Shown here in pieces: positions 1-12,261 of a stretch of 64,000 nucleotides of DNA. Position 1 is the first letter of the stretch; the number at the start of each line of letters is the position of its first letter. This DNA comes from Scyliorhinus canicula. Lineage: Eukaryota. The stretch is from positions 6,739,337-6,803,336 of the forward strand of contig NC_052172.1 of the NCBI RefSeq assembly GCF_902713615.1. Reading direction: 5' to 3'. A model generated the notes under the pieces. It searched no databases, was not told where the DNA came from, and saw nothing but the letters and a program-made list of their open reading frames with translations. The translations under genes and the position numbers were made by a program.

Positions 1-174
1 ATTTAAACAGTTCCCCCTTTAAAGGTTGAACTCTATTACACTTCCCCTCAATAATTTAAGATTATTAACACTTTTGGCAAACGTTTTCACAGCTCAACTC
101 TGCTTACCACCTTTCTCTGTGTTGGTGTTAAATATCCGCTGTGGTTCAAAGGGTAAAACTCTCATTTAAGAGTC

Positions 175-300
175 ATGACGTCGGGGGTTCATGTCCCACA
201 CCAGAGAGTTTGGCTCATAATCTAGGCTGACATTCCCAGCGTTAACGAGGGAATCTGCCAGCGTTGAGAGAGTGCTGCGCTGTCGGAGAGTCAGTACTGA
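175..300 (+). mobile_element. Truncated SacSINE/DeuSINE-like SINE fragment
   Basis: gggttcatgtcccacaccagagagtttggctcataatctaggctgac...agtgctgcgctgtcggag resembles the Deu-domain SINE (recalled consensus). Confidence 0.5.
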
Positions 301-418
301 GCATGTAGATTATTAGCAACATATTGTGTACGAGCAGCACATAGACTATTAGCATCACATAGAGTATTAGCAGCATATAGAGTATGAGCAACATTTAGAT
401 TATTAGCAGCCTATAGAA
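301..418. repeat. 18-bp minisatellite (gcagcatatagagtatta), about 6.5 copies
   Basis: Visible degenerate tandem units. Confidence 0.75.
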
Positions 419-486
419 ACCCTGGAGAAGGTAAGCCACTGGGAAAAGTAGAAAGCAAGGTGGTTTCAGCAAATCCTGAGTATTAC

Positions 487-634
487 CGGTTGATTTGTAA
501 ATGATCTTCCAGCCTTTCCTCTCCCCGTGTTCATCCGTGTTGAAAGTTATTTCCACCACATTGGACAAATGTCCTTTTATAACTGGTGCTTGGTCTCCAC
601 AGAACGGGCCATATACCCTTCCTCCAGATGTGAC
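487..634 (-). CDS. C1S: Complement C1s-like exon, second half of CUB2 (VTSGGRVYGPFCGDQAP...FNTDEHGERKGWKIIYKST)
   Basis: Not in the ORF track; translated by hand. Acceptor ttccag and donor gtaata, 148 nt (phase 0 to 1). Resembles human C1s FGPYCG...FQTDLTGQKKGWKLRY. Confidence 0.9.
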
Positions 635-965
635 CTGGAATCAGGAGAATCCGCATTGGTTACAGAATTATGGAAAAGTCCGATGCTGGAGGAGGCCACT
701 CAGCCCATCACATCTGTACTAGAGCAATCCAGTTTGTCCCACTCCCTCTGCTTTGGCATCTCGTCCAGCAAAGGTTTTTCTATAATTTATTTGTCTAAAC
801 CTTTCACAATTATGAATGCCTCGAACCAATCCCCTCCTCGCTTTCTCATTTCTAAAGGGGACTAATTCCAGCTGTTCCAATCTCCCACGTAATCCCATTG
901 CCGAACCCTGGAACCATTGGAAAATTGATGGTTAATATTCGTTTCACCTGTGAGGAGAGAAAGAG

Positions 966-1131
966 NNNNNNNNNNNNNNNNNNNNNNNNNNNNNNNNNNN
1001 NNNNNNNNNNNNNNNNNNNNNNNNNNNNNNNNNNNNNNNNNNNNNNNNNNNNNNNNNNNNNNNNNNNNNNNNNNNNNNNNNNNNNNNNNNNNNNNNNNNN
1101 NNNNNNNNNNNNNNNNNNNNNNNNNNNNNNN
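966..1131. other. Assembly gap (166 N) flanked by GA-rich sequence
   Basis: Run of N. Confidence 0.99.
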
Positions 1132-1304
1132 AGAGAGCGAGAGAAAGAGAGAGAAATAGAGAGAGAGAGTAACTGAAAGAATGCTTAAGATCAAGTTCTC
1201 TCCAGTGGCATTGACCACGAGAGGTTAGCAGTCTGTGCAATGGGCTGGAGAAGGGCTGAATGTCCTCTTCCTGCTGTGTTTAACAGGCTGGAGTGGGATT
1301 CAAT

Positions 1305-1597
1305 ACAATGGTTAGTACTGTTGCTTCACAGCGCCAGGGTCCCAGGTTCGAGTCCTGGATTGGGTCACTGTCTGTGCAGAGTCTACACGTTCTCCCCGTG
1401 TCTGCGTGGGTTTCCTCCGGTTGCGCCAGTTTCTTCCCACAAGTCTCAAAAAACATGCTGTTTGGTGAATTGGACATTCTGAATTCTCCCTCGGTGTACC
1501 CTAACAGGCGCCGGAATGTGCGACTCGGGGATTTTCATGGTACTTCATTGCAGTGTTAAGGTAAGCCTACTTGTCAGAATAATAAAGATTATTATCA
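1305..1597 (+). mobile_element. V-SINE with (ATT)n-ending tail
   Basis: tRNA-like head (gttagtactgttgcttcacagcgccaggg...ggttcga), V-domain gtgggtttcctccgg, tail gtaagcctacttgt...aataaagattattat. Confidence 0.85.
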
Positions 1598-1651
1598 TGT
1601 CTTAAGGGACTTGCTGTAGGGATTAAGGGACCATTTTAAAGAGGGCCATAC

Positions 1652-1848
1652 CTTTAAGACATCAGTTATGCAACCGACTGAAGGGTCCCCTTCCACCTCA
1701 AAATCCTTTGCGAATCCCAGGATCACCTCGAAGCCTTGCTCAATCTCGATTCTGTACTGACACTGAGAGTTCTCCGCATAAGGTTCAGGATAGTTGGGGC
1801 TGGTGATCATGCCCTTGAAGCTGGTGGACACTTCGCCGCTGCAATTCA
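1652..1848 (-). CDS. C1S: C1s-like exon, first half of CUB2 (VNCSGEVSTSFKGMITSPNYPEPYAENSQCQYRIEIEQGFEVILGFAKDFEVEGDPSVGCITDVLK)
   Basis: ORF 1595..1849. Acceptor ccccag and donor gtatgg, 197 nt (phase 1 to 0). CUB motif SPNYPxPY; resembles C1s VNCSG...SPNYPKPYPENSRCEY. Confidence 0.92.
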
Positions 1849-1896
1849 CTGGGGGTGAAAAAAATACAGACTGGGTCTCAGACTGACAGCTCTGAT

Positions 1897-3400
1897 CATA
1901 GAATTTACAGTGCTAAAGGAGGTCATTCGGCCCATCGAGTCTGCACCGGTCCTTGGAAAGAGCACCCTACCCAAGCCCCCACCCTATCCCCATAACCCAG
2001 TAACCCCACTTAACCTTTATGGGCACTAAGGGCAATTTATCATGGCCAATCCACCTAACCCTCACATCTTTGTACTGTGTGAGAAAACCGAAGCACCCGG
2101 AGGGAACCCACGCAGGGGGAGAACGTGCAGACTCCGCACAGGCAGTGACCCAGCAGGGAATCGAACCTGGATCTGTGAAGCAACTGTTCCAACCACTGTG
2201 CTACCGTGCTGCCATGAATCAATGTCCTCTTATTGCTGTATCGAAGCTGGTTACCATTGTACACCCTGTTTACTGTCTGGAATTGATATATTTACCACAC
2301 ACGGTTTGTCGTATGAAGAGAGATTGAGCAGTTTAGGCTTATGCTCTGTCGAGGTTAGAAGAATGAGAGGAGATCAATTTGAGGTGTATGAGATGATGTA
2401 ATGTATGGATATGGTAAACAGAGCAGATCTTGCCTCTTGTAGGGTGGAGGCGTGAGCTTAAGTAGGGCAGACTCGATGGGCCGAATAACCTCCTTCTGCA
2501 CTGTAAATTCTATGATATGATTCTATGATTGTGGTGCAATCTAGAACGAGAGTACTTTTAGGGTGAGGGGCAGCAGATTTAAAACCGAGATGTGGAGGTA
2601 TTCTCCCAGAGGTTTGCGAACCTGTGGAACTCACTACCACAGAGTGCGGTGGATGAATCATAAAATAGAATCATAGAACCACCACAGTGCAGAAGGAGGC
2701 CATTCAGCCCATCAGGTCTGCACCGGCCCGCTGAAAGAGCACCCTACCCCACCTTATCTCCTTAACCCCAACTAACCATTGTACACCAAGGGGCAATTTA
2801 GCAAGACCAGTCCAGCTAACCCGCACACCTTTGGAATGTGGGAGGAAACCGGAGCACCCGGAGGCAGTTCATGCAGACACGGGGAGAACGTGTAAATTCC
2901 ACACAGACAGTCATAGAATTTACAGTGCAGAAAGAGATCATTAGGCCCATCAAGTTGACAACGGCTCTTTGAAAAAGCAGCCTACATAAGCCACATCTCC
3001 ACCCTATCCCCGTAACTCAGTAACCCCACCTAAGCTTTTGGACTCCTGCACACCTTTGGACTGGGAGGAAACCGGAGCACCCGGAGGAACCCCACGCAAG
3101 CATGGGGAGAACATGCAAACTCCACACTGTCACCTAAGATCAGAATTGAACCAAGGTCCCTGGCACTGTGAGGCAGCAGTCCCAACCATTGTGCCACTGT
3201 GCTACCCACAACTGGGACATTGGGAAAATTTAAGGAGGCGATGGGCAGATTTTTAATCAGTAAAGGGTCGAAGGGTAATGGAGAACGAGCAGGAAAGTGG
3301 AAATGAGGCTGAGAGGAGATCAGCCTTGATCGTATTGAATGGTGGACGGGATTGAGGGGCTGAATTACCCACTCCTGCTCCTAGGTCTTATGTTTTTCTG
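1897..3400. mobile_element. Cluster of HE1 SINEs (minus: ~1897-2212, ~2665-2910, ~2911-3200) and CR1 3' fragments
   Basis: Repeated catagaatttacagtgc...cattcggcccatc tails and ggaaaccggagcacccggagg cores. Confidence 0.85.
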
Positions 3401-4089
3401 GGTTTAATAGCATATTAATCTCAGCACCTTGAACTATCAGGCAGGTATATTCTAGGAGGTTATGTGGGCTATAATTCCTTTGCCGTGATGCAGGGTATTA
3501 TAGGATAACGGCCGGAATTCTCTGGCCGTTGGGATTTCTCTTTTCCCGCCGGCAGCGCACCCCTGGCCATGGATTTCCCGGCAGAGTGGGATGGCTTCAA
3601 TGGGACATCCCATTGACAAATGGTGGGAAGAGGGAATCACGCGCCGTGTGAATGGCTGTGGGAGGAGAGAACCCCGGCCATTATTATTGCTTTTAGGGGT
3701 CTTGTGGTGCAGTGGGAATTGTCCCTGCCTCTGAGCCACAACCTCCAAGTTCAAATCCGACCCCAGGAAAGAAAGCAGAATAGCTGCAGCGCGGAAAAGG
3801 CCATTCGGTCCATCTAGTCTTCACTGATATTACCTACCCCTAATCTCACTTACCAGTGTTTACTACATGCCCTGAGTTGGCACATGGGTTCTTTTAAATT
3901 AAAAGAAAAAACAGTTACTATCACAAAAAGGGTTGGAAAAAGGAATCCCTGCCCCCCATTCCTGACTTCACCCTAACCCTGTTTCGCTGCCAAGTTAGCC
4001 AAACTCAGAGCAAGGAAAACCTGTGCCTTTCGCCACCTTACGACTTCTGGAAATTCTCGCCAGACAATAGAACTTTGGAGTGGTCACTA

Positions 4090-4410
4090 CTGAACAAAGA
4101 AATAACAAGGAAAATTACAGCACAGGAACAGGCCCTTCGGCCCTCCCAGCCTGCGCCGATCCAGATCCTTTATCTAAACCTGTCGCCTATTTTCCAAGGA
4201 TCAACTTCCCTCTGTTCCCCGCCCATTCATATATCTGTCTAGATGCATCTTAAATGATGCTATCGTGCCCGCCTCTACCACCTCCGCTGGCAAAGTGTTT
4301 CAGGCACGCACCACCCTGCGCGTAAAAAACTTTCCACGAACATCTCCCTTAAGCTTTCCCCCTTTTACCTTGAAGTCGTGACCCCTTGTAATTGACACCC
4401 CCACTCTTGG
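4090..4410 (-). mobile_element. CR1 LINE 3' end
   Basis: aacaaag-type tail and acaggcccttcggccc 3' stem motif, followed by degraded ORF2 C-terminus. Confidence 0.75.
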
Positions 4411-4419
4411 AACTAGAGG

Positions 4420-4745
4420 AACGCAGCAGCCAGCCTGTGCACAGCAAGATCCCATGTTCTCATCGCAGATACCGTATTATTATTTGTTATTATGTTAATT
4501 AGGGGGAAATATCGGCCAAGACTCCAGGGGGAAACCACCCTCTCCTGTTTTCCTTTGTTTGAACTTGAGACCATGGGATCTTCCCTATTCACCCACGACA
4601 GGCCTTGATTTAAAGTCACACCTGACAGAGAGCGCAGCACCGAGGAAGCACTGCGCGGCGAGAGGCAACCTAGTGTCCTGGGCTCATTTCTCTGGCGTGG
4701 GACCAGACCCACAACCTCCGTGGCTCACCAAAGGAGACATTGCTG
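4420..4745 (-). mobile_element. SacSINE1/DeuSINE-like SINE
   Basis: Reverse complement of the Deu-domain pattern (cacagcaagatccca...aaatatcggccaagact...ccatgggatctt...gatttaaagtcacacctgacag). Confidence 0.65.
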
Positions 4746-4821
4746 ATGTGATGACTGCGTTGCTCTTGAAGGACATTTTTGTTGTAAAGCGCATTGAGAT
4801 TTTCTGTTGTAAAGCGCATTG

Positions 4822-5121
4822 TGGGTGGCATGGTAGCACTGTTCTCCAGAGTTCCAGGGTCCCGGGTTCGATTCCCGGCTTGGGTCACTGTCTGTGTGGA
4901 GTCTGCATGTTCTCCCCCGTGTCTGCGTTTGTTTCCTCCGGGTGCTCTGGTTTCCTCCCACATGCCCAGAAAGACGTGGTTGTTGAGTGAATTGGACATT
5001 CTGAATTCTCCCTCTGTGTACCCGAACAGGCGCTAGAATGTGGACACTGGAGGATTTTCACAGTAACTTCATTGCAGTGTTAATGTAAGCCTACTTGTGA
5101 CACTAAAAAAGATGATTATTA
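4822..5121 (+). mobile_element. V-SINE with (ATT)n-ending tail
   Basis: Same family as 1305-1597. Confidence 0.85.
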
Positions 5122-5311
5122 GACTATTGCAATTATTCAAGAATGAAGAATTTTGAGGCCACAGAAGACCTGGGGAGTGCGATTGACTGATTTGCTTTCG
5201 CAATGTGTCTGCAAGGATTCAACTGGCCTTAATGTCCTCTTCCAGTCTTCTAACCCCCATTCTATGATCATATGATTCTACCATAGAATAAATGAAGAGG
5301 ATGATATTTAC

Positions 5312-5431
5312 CTCCACAAATTCTTTTGTTTTCTTGCAGGAAGTAGCCTGGTTTACAGGAGCAAAGGTATCCTCCGATATAGTTGTTGCAGTAATGACTA
5401 CATCTATCCTCCTCTTCACATTCATTGATAT
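5312..5431 (-). CDS. C1S: C1s-like exon, calcium-binding EGF (DINECEEEDRCSHYCNNYIGGYLCSCKPGYFLQENKRICG)
   Basis: Translated by hand. Acceptor ttccag and donor gtaaat, 120 nt (phase 1 to 1), six Cys. CSHxCNNxIGGY matches C1s (CSHFCNNFIGGY) better than C1r/MASP (CxHxCHN). Confidence 0.92.
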
Positions 5432-5689
5432 CTGGAATCAAATGGAGATGTTGAGGTTCTGAGTTCCATTCATACTATGACTCACCTGCGCACCCTGCTG
5501 GTGGAGGCTGGCACTGGGCCGAACTTCCAGAAACTTGAGGTGCTGTCCACTCTCTGAGCACGAGAGAGGGGTGTGGATGTGTGAGATGTGGCGGGTGTTG
5601 CTGCTGAGAACACCACTGGCCCATATGAAAGTCAGACAGATGCACTGGCAATACACACACATATATGTGTACATACATGTAAATATACA

Positions 5690-8020
5690 CACTGAAACAC
5701 AAACACTGTCAGGCAGGGAGGAAGTTGTCGAGCAAGGGAACCGTGGTTTACTAAGGAATTTGAAGCACTTCTCAAGAGGAAGAAGATGGCTTATGTTAGG
5801 ATGAGACACGAAGGCTCAGTTAGGGCACTTGAGAGTTACAAGTTAGCCAGGGAGGACCTAAAGGGAGAGTTAAGAAGAGCGATGAGAGGACACGAAAAGT
5901 CGTTGGCGGATAGGATCAAGGAAAACCCTAAGGCTTTCTATAGGTATATCAGGAACAAAAGAATGACTCGAGTAAGATTAGGGCCAATCAAGGATAGTAG
6001 TGGAAAGTTGTGTGTGGAATCAGAGGAGATAGGGGAAGCGTTAAATGGATATTTTTCGTCAGTGTTTACACTGGAGAAAGACAATGTTGTCGAGGAGAAT
6101 ACTCAGGTACAGTCGACCAGCCTAGATGGGATTGAGGTTCACAAGGAGGAGGTGTTAGCAATTTTGGAAAGTGTAAAAATAGATAAGTCCCCTGGGCCAG
6201 ATGGGATTTATCCTAGGATTCTCTGGGAAGCCAGGGAGGAGATTGCAGAGCCTTTGTCCTTGAACTTTATGCCGTCTTTGTCGACAGGAATAGTGCCGGA
6301 AGACTGGAGGATAGCAAATGTTGTCCCCTTGTTCAAGAAGGGGAGTAGAGACAACCCTGGTAATTATAGACCTGTGAGCCTTACTTCGGTTGTGGGTAAA
6401 ATGTTGGAAAAGGTTATAAGAGATAGGGTTTATAATCATCTTGAAAAGAACAAGTTGATTAGCGATACTCAACACGGTTTTGTGAAGGGTAGGTCATGCC
6501 TCACAAACCTTATTGAGGTTTTTGAGAAGGTGACCAAACAGGTGGATGAGGGTAAAGCGGTTGATGTGGTGTATATGGATTTCAGTAAGGCATTTGGTAA
6601 GGTTCCCCGTACTTCCGTATTTTATGGAATAGCAGCTGGATCAGTAACTGGCTAGCTGAAAGAAGACAGAGGGTGGTGGCTGATAGCAAATGTTCATCCT
6701 GGAGTTCAGTTACTAGTGGTGTACCGCAAGGATCTGTTTTGGGGCCACTGCTGTTTGTCATTTTTATAAATGACCTGGAAGAGGGTGTAGAAGGATGGGT
6801 TAGTAAAGTTGCAGATGACACGAAGGTCCGTGGAGTTGTGGATAGCGCTGAAGGATGTTATAGGTTACAGAGGGACATAGATAAGCTGCAGAACTGGGCT
6901 GAGAGGTGGCAGATGGAGTTTAATGCGGAAAAGTGAGAGGTGGTTCACTTTGGAAGGAGTAACAGGAATGTAGAGTACTGGGCTAATGGCAAGATTCTTG
7001 GTAGTGTAGATGAACAGTGAGATCTCGGCATCCAGGTACATAAATCCCTGAAAGTTGCCACCCAGGTTAATAGGCATATGGTGTGCTAGCCTTTATCAGT
7101 AGAACATAGAACAGTACAGCACAGAACAGGCCCTTCGGCCCTCGATGTTGTGCCGAGCAATGATCACCCTACTTAAACCCACGTAACCCGTAACCCAACA
7201 ATCCCCCCATTAACCTTACACTACGGGCAATTTAGCATGGCCAATCCACCTAACCCGCACATCTTTGGACTGTGGGAGGAAACCGGAGCACCCGGAGGAA
7301 ACCCACGCACACAGGGGGAGGACGTGCAGACTCCACACAGACAGTGACCCAGCCGGGAATCGAACCTGGGACCCTGGAGCTGTGAAGCATTGACGCTAAC
7401 CACCATGCTACCGTGAGGCCCCAGTAGGGGGATTGAGTTTCGGAGCCACAAGGTCATGCTGCAGCTGTACATAACTCTGGTGCGGCCGCACCTGGAGTAC
7501 TGCGTGCAGTTCTGGTCACCACATTATAGGAAGGATGTGGAAGCTTTGGTAAGGGTTCAGAGGAGATTTACTAGGATGTTGCCTGGTATGGAGGGAAGGT
7601 CTTACGAGGAAAGGCTCAGGACTTCAGGTTGTTTTCGTTAGAGAGGAGATGGCTGGGAGGTGGCTTAATAGAGACATATAAGATAGTCAGAGGGTTAGAT
7701 AGGGTGGACAGTGAGAGTCTTTTTCCTCGGATGGTGATGACCAACACGAGGGGACATAGCTTTAAATTGAGGGGTGGTAGCTATAGGACAGATGTCAGAG
7801 GGAATTTTTTTACTCAGAGAGTAGTAGGGGTATGGAACGCCCTGCCTGCAACAGTAGTAGTCTCGCCAAATATAAGGGCATTTAAGTGATCACTGGATAG
7901 ACATATGGATGAAAATGGAATAGTGTAGGTCAGATAGGCTTTAGATGGTTTCACGGGTCAGCGCAACATCGAGGGCCGAAGGGCCCGTACTGCGCTGTAA
8001 TGTTCTATGTTCTATGTTCT
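5690..8020 (+). mobile_element. 5'-truncated CR1 LINE, RT ORF2 pseudogene
   Basis: ORFs 5786..6655 and 6673..6936 (KSPGPDG, NYRPVSLTS, QHGFVKGRSC, SGVPQGSVLGPLLF, ADD) with stops and a deletion; (TTCTATG)n tail. Confidence 0.95.
7103..7421 (-). mobile_element. HE1 SINE nested in the CR1, 6-bp TSD cagtag
   Basis: cagtag at 7097-7102 and 7422-7427; the CR1 reads through when the insert is removed. Confidence 0.9.
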
Positions 8021-8029
8021 ACACACACA

Positions 8030-8835
8030 CAGAGGTCAGAATATATTGTCCTCCCCATGGCGGGCTTGGAGGGGCGGGGACACCACTGATGAAGTCAAGG
8101 GCTGGATGATCTGTGGAACGACCTTGAATTCCATTGCCACTGGTCTCAACCCAGAAACGGGCTAGGGTCTTGCCACCCAGGGGGAGGGGGGGGGGGAGGG
8201 GGTGAGGTGGACAGGTCATGCAAACCTCATTGGTGTTGCTAGCAGTTTCTCAGGGGTGAGTAGACACTCATTGTCAGGACCTCAGTAAGTCCGCTCGAGT
8301 GTAACCCTCAACGCCAGCCCTGAGTACAGCACAGCTGAAGAGGGGTTAGAGCGCCCACCTGCACCATCCACCAGCAGAGACACGCACACAGACCTCCGCA
8401 GCTCCCTGTTCTAGAAGAGCCTCAGGATCACAATATGGTGAGCATGGCACACCATTTGCTCCACAGCAATCAGACACAGGGACATCCGAGACCACCAGCA
8501 CTCAGAGGATACCTAGAGGAGGAATCTGCTGAGTCAGGGTCCAATGACGCCCCTCTGGATTTGGTCCGGGATCAGTTGCTGGAACTGTAATGACAAGTCT
8601 GGGACTATCACAAAGGGATGCACTCTTCAGATTGCTATGCACGATCGAGATGTCCGTTCGCATTCAGTCTGAGTGATATGATAGGCAAGCCAACGCACCA
8701 AGGTGAATACTGGCAGGTTGACAGAATGTGATCCAGCAGATTAGTGCTGCACTGCTGCAGGAGAATCACTTCACCACTGCAGCCAGTTCAGGCATTCATG
8801 GGTATCAAAGTGAAAGGGCACAGGCGTCATACAAA
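8030..8835 (+). mobile_element. Possible degraded Harbinger Myb-ORF fragment
   Basis: Broken frames PAPSTSRDTHT and QLLEL..QVWDYHKGM loosely resemble the C-terminal region of the Harbinger ORF at 23.0-23.4 kb. Confidence 0.3.
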
Positions 8836-8839
8836 GTAT

Positions 8840-11800
8840 CTCACACACATATACACACACACAGTGTCTCACACACACATACACACACACAGTGTCTCAC
8901 ACACACATAGACACACACAGTGACTCACACACATACACGCACACAGTGACTCACACACATACACGCACACAGTGACTCACATACATACATACACACATGC
9001 AGTGACTCACACAGGCAAACACACACACAGTGACTCACACACAAACACATACACACACACACACTGACTCACACAGACAAACACACACACAGTGACTCAC
9101 ACACAAACACATACACACACAGTGACTCACACACAAACACATACACACACACAGTGACTCACACAGACAAAGACACTCACAGTAACTCACACACACACAC
9201 ACGCACACAAAGTGACTCACACACACAAACGCATACTTTGGGGCAGCGTGGTAGCATTGTGGATAGCACAATCGCTTCACAGCTCCAGGATCCCAGGTTC
9301 GATTCCGGCTTGGGTCACTGTCTGTGTGGAGTCTGCACATCCTCCCCGTGTGTGCGTGGGTTTCCTCTGGGTGCTCCAGTTTCCTCCCACAGTCCAAAGA
9401 TGTGCGGGTTAGGTGGATTGGCCATGATAAATTGCCCTTAGTGTTTGGTAGGGTTACTGAGTTATGGGGATAGGTGGAGGTGTTGACCTTGGGTAGGGTG
9501 CTCTTTCCAAGAGCCGGTGCAGGCTCGATGGGCCGAATGGCCTCCTTCTGCACTGTAAATTCTATGTAATCTATGTAATACGCTGATTCACACACACAAA
9601 AACTCATACACTGATTCACAAACACAGTGACTCACACACATACACACAAACTCATATTGATTCTCACACACACAGACATTCAGACATACACACAAACTCA
9701 TGCACAGAGACTCTCACACAGACAAAAACTCATAGTGACACACACGCACGCAAACTCATACACACTGACACACACACAAACTCAGTGATTCACACAACAC
9801 ACAAAGAAATTCAAACACACACAGAAACTCAGGGATTCTCACATATTCACAGAAACCCGTACACAGTGACTCACACACATACACCTAAACCCACACACAC
9901 ATACACACAAATGCATACACATTGATCCACAGACATACACACATACACAGACACAAACACACAAACTCATACACCGTGACTCACACATGCACAAACTCAC
10001 ACACTGACTCACACACACACAAACCCATACACAGTTACACACACAAACCCATACACAGTAACTACGCACACGCAAACTCATAAACAGTGACTTGCATTTT
10101 GTGTTATTTAGGGTACCCACTTATTTTTTTTCCACTTAAGGGGCAATGGACCTTTCCTAAACATCTGTGGGTTGTGGGGTGAATCCCAAGCAGATATGGA
10201 GTGTAACTGTGTAAGTTACTGTGTATCATACTGAAACTGACCTCAGGCCTGGATAGAAACCCGGTCCTGAGGCGCCATTGGCAGCAGTGCTAACTACTGT
10301 GCCACCTTGCCGCCATTCACAGTGTCTCACACACAAAAACTTATACACAATAACACACACAAACTCATACACAGTAACTCACACACAAACACAAACTAAT
10401 ACACAGTAGCTCACATAAACACAATCTGATACACAGTAACTGACACAGACAAACTCATCCACAGTAACTCACACACAAACACAAATTAACACAGAATAAC
10501 TCACACAAAACAAACTAACACACAGTAACGCACGCACAAATTCACACACAGTAACTCACACACACAAACTCATACACAGTAACTCTCACAAAACACAAAC
10601 TAATACACAGTAACACACACAAATTCATACATAATAACTCACACACACAAACTCATACACAGTAACTCTCACACAAATGCAAACTAATACACAGTAACTC
10701 ACACACAAAAACTCATACACAGAGACAGTCACATACACACAAACTAATACAGAGAGACACACAGACACATACACGAAAGCTCACACACAGTGACTCATAT
10801 GCACACACAAACTCATACACTGACTCACAAACACAGAAACCCGTACACAGTGACACATGCAAACGCGTACACAGTAAATCAGGCACACACAAGCGAATAA
10901 ACAAAAACACAATTTTTTTGAAATTTAGAGTACCCAATTAGATTTTTTTTCCAATTAAGGGGCAATCCACCTACCCTGAACATCTTTCGTTTGTGGGGGT
11001 AAGACGTACACAGACAGGAGGAGGATGTACAAACTCCACACCAACAGTGCCCCGGGGCCTGGATCGAACCCGGGTTCTCGCCACCATAGGCAGCAGTGCG
11101 AACCACTACACCACCGCACCACCCTTCACAGTGTCTCACACACAGAAACTAATACACAGTAACTCACACCCACACAATCATGCACAGTGACTCACACACA
11201 CCTAAACTCATACACAGTAACTCCCCCACACACACAAACTCAAACACAGCGAATCAAACGCACACAACCTCATACACAGTGACTCACACACACACACATG
11301 CAAACTCATACACAGTGTCTCACACACACACAAACGTATACACAGAGACTCACACACACCCACAGAAACTCATACACAGTGAATCACACACATACACACA
11401 CAAACACAAACTCATATACAGTGAATCACACACACGCAAACTGATACACAGTGACTCTCACACGCAAACACATACACAGTGATTCACGCACACAAACTCA
11501 TACACAGTGACTCACACAAACACATACAAACTCATACATAGTATCTCACACACAAACTCATACACAGCAACTCACAAAGAAACACAAACTCATACACAGT
11601 GACTTTCACACACACACACAAACTCCTACACAGTGACTCTCACACACATACAAACAAATACACAGTGAGCCCCGCACACAAACACAAACCTATACACAGT
11701 AACTCACACATGCTCAAATATATACACGGTGACTCAGAGTCAAACTCATAGTGTATCTCACACACACAAATACATACACATTAACTCACACAGAAACACA

Positions 11801-12201
11801 AACTCATACACAGTGACTTTCACACACACAGAAACCCGAACGCAGTGGCTTTCACACACACACAAATGCATACACAATGACTTTCACACACACACAAACT
11901 CATACACAGTGACTCTCACATACACACACTCATACACAGTGACTCTCGCACACACACACACACACACACAAACCCATACACAGTACCTCACACATGCTCA
12001 AATATATACACAGTAAGTCACAGTCAAACTCATACATAGTATCTCACACACACACAAACACATATATACATAGAACATAGAACACTACAGCGCAGTACGG
12101 GCCCTTCGGCCCTCGATGTTGCGCCGACAGTAACTCACACAGAAACACAAACTCCTATACAGTGCCTTTCACACACACAAGCACAAACTCATACACAGTG
12201 A

Positions 12202-12261
<60 letters not shown>

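Noticed and set aside
862-1240. ORFs spanning the N-run
   Set aside because: Artefacts of the assembly gap.
5786-6936. CR1 reverse transcriptase as a functional gene
   Set aside because: 5'-truncated with stops, an internal deletion and a nested SINE; an ordinary retrotransposon relic.
9240-9320. tRNA-like sequences
   Set aside because: They are SINE heads continuous with V-domain and tail, not tRNA genes.
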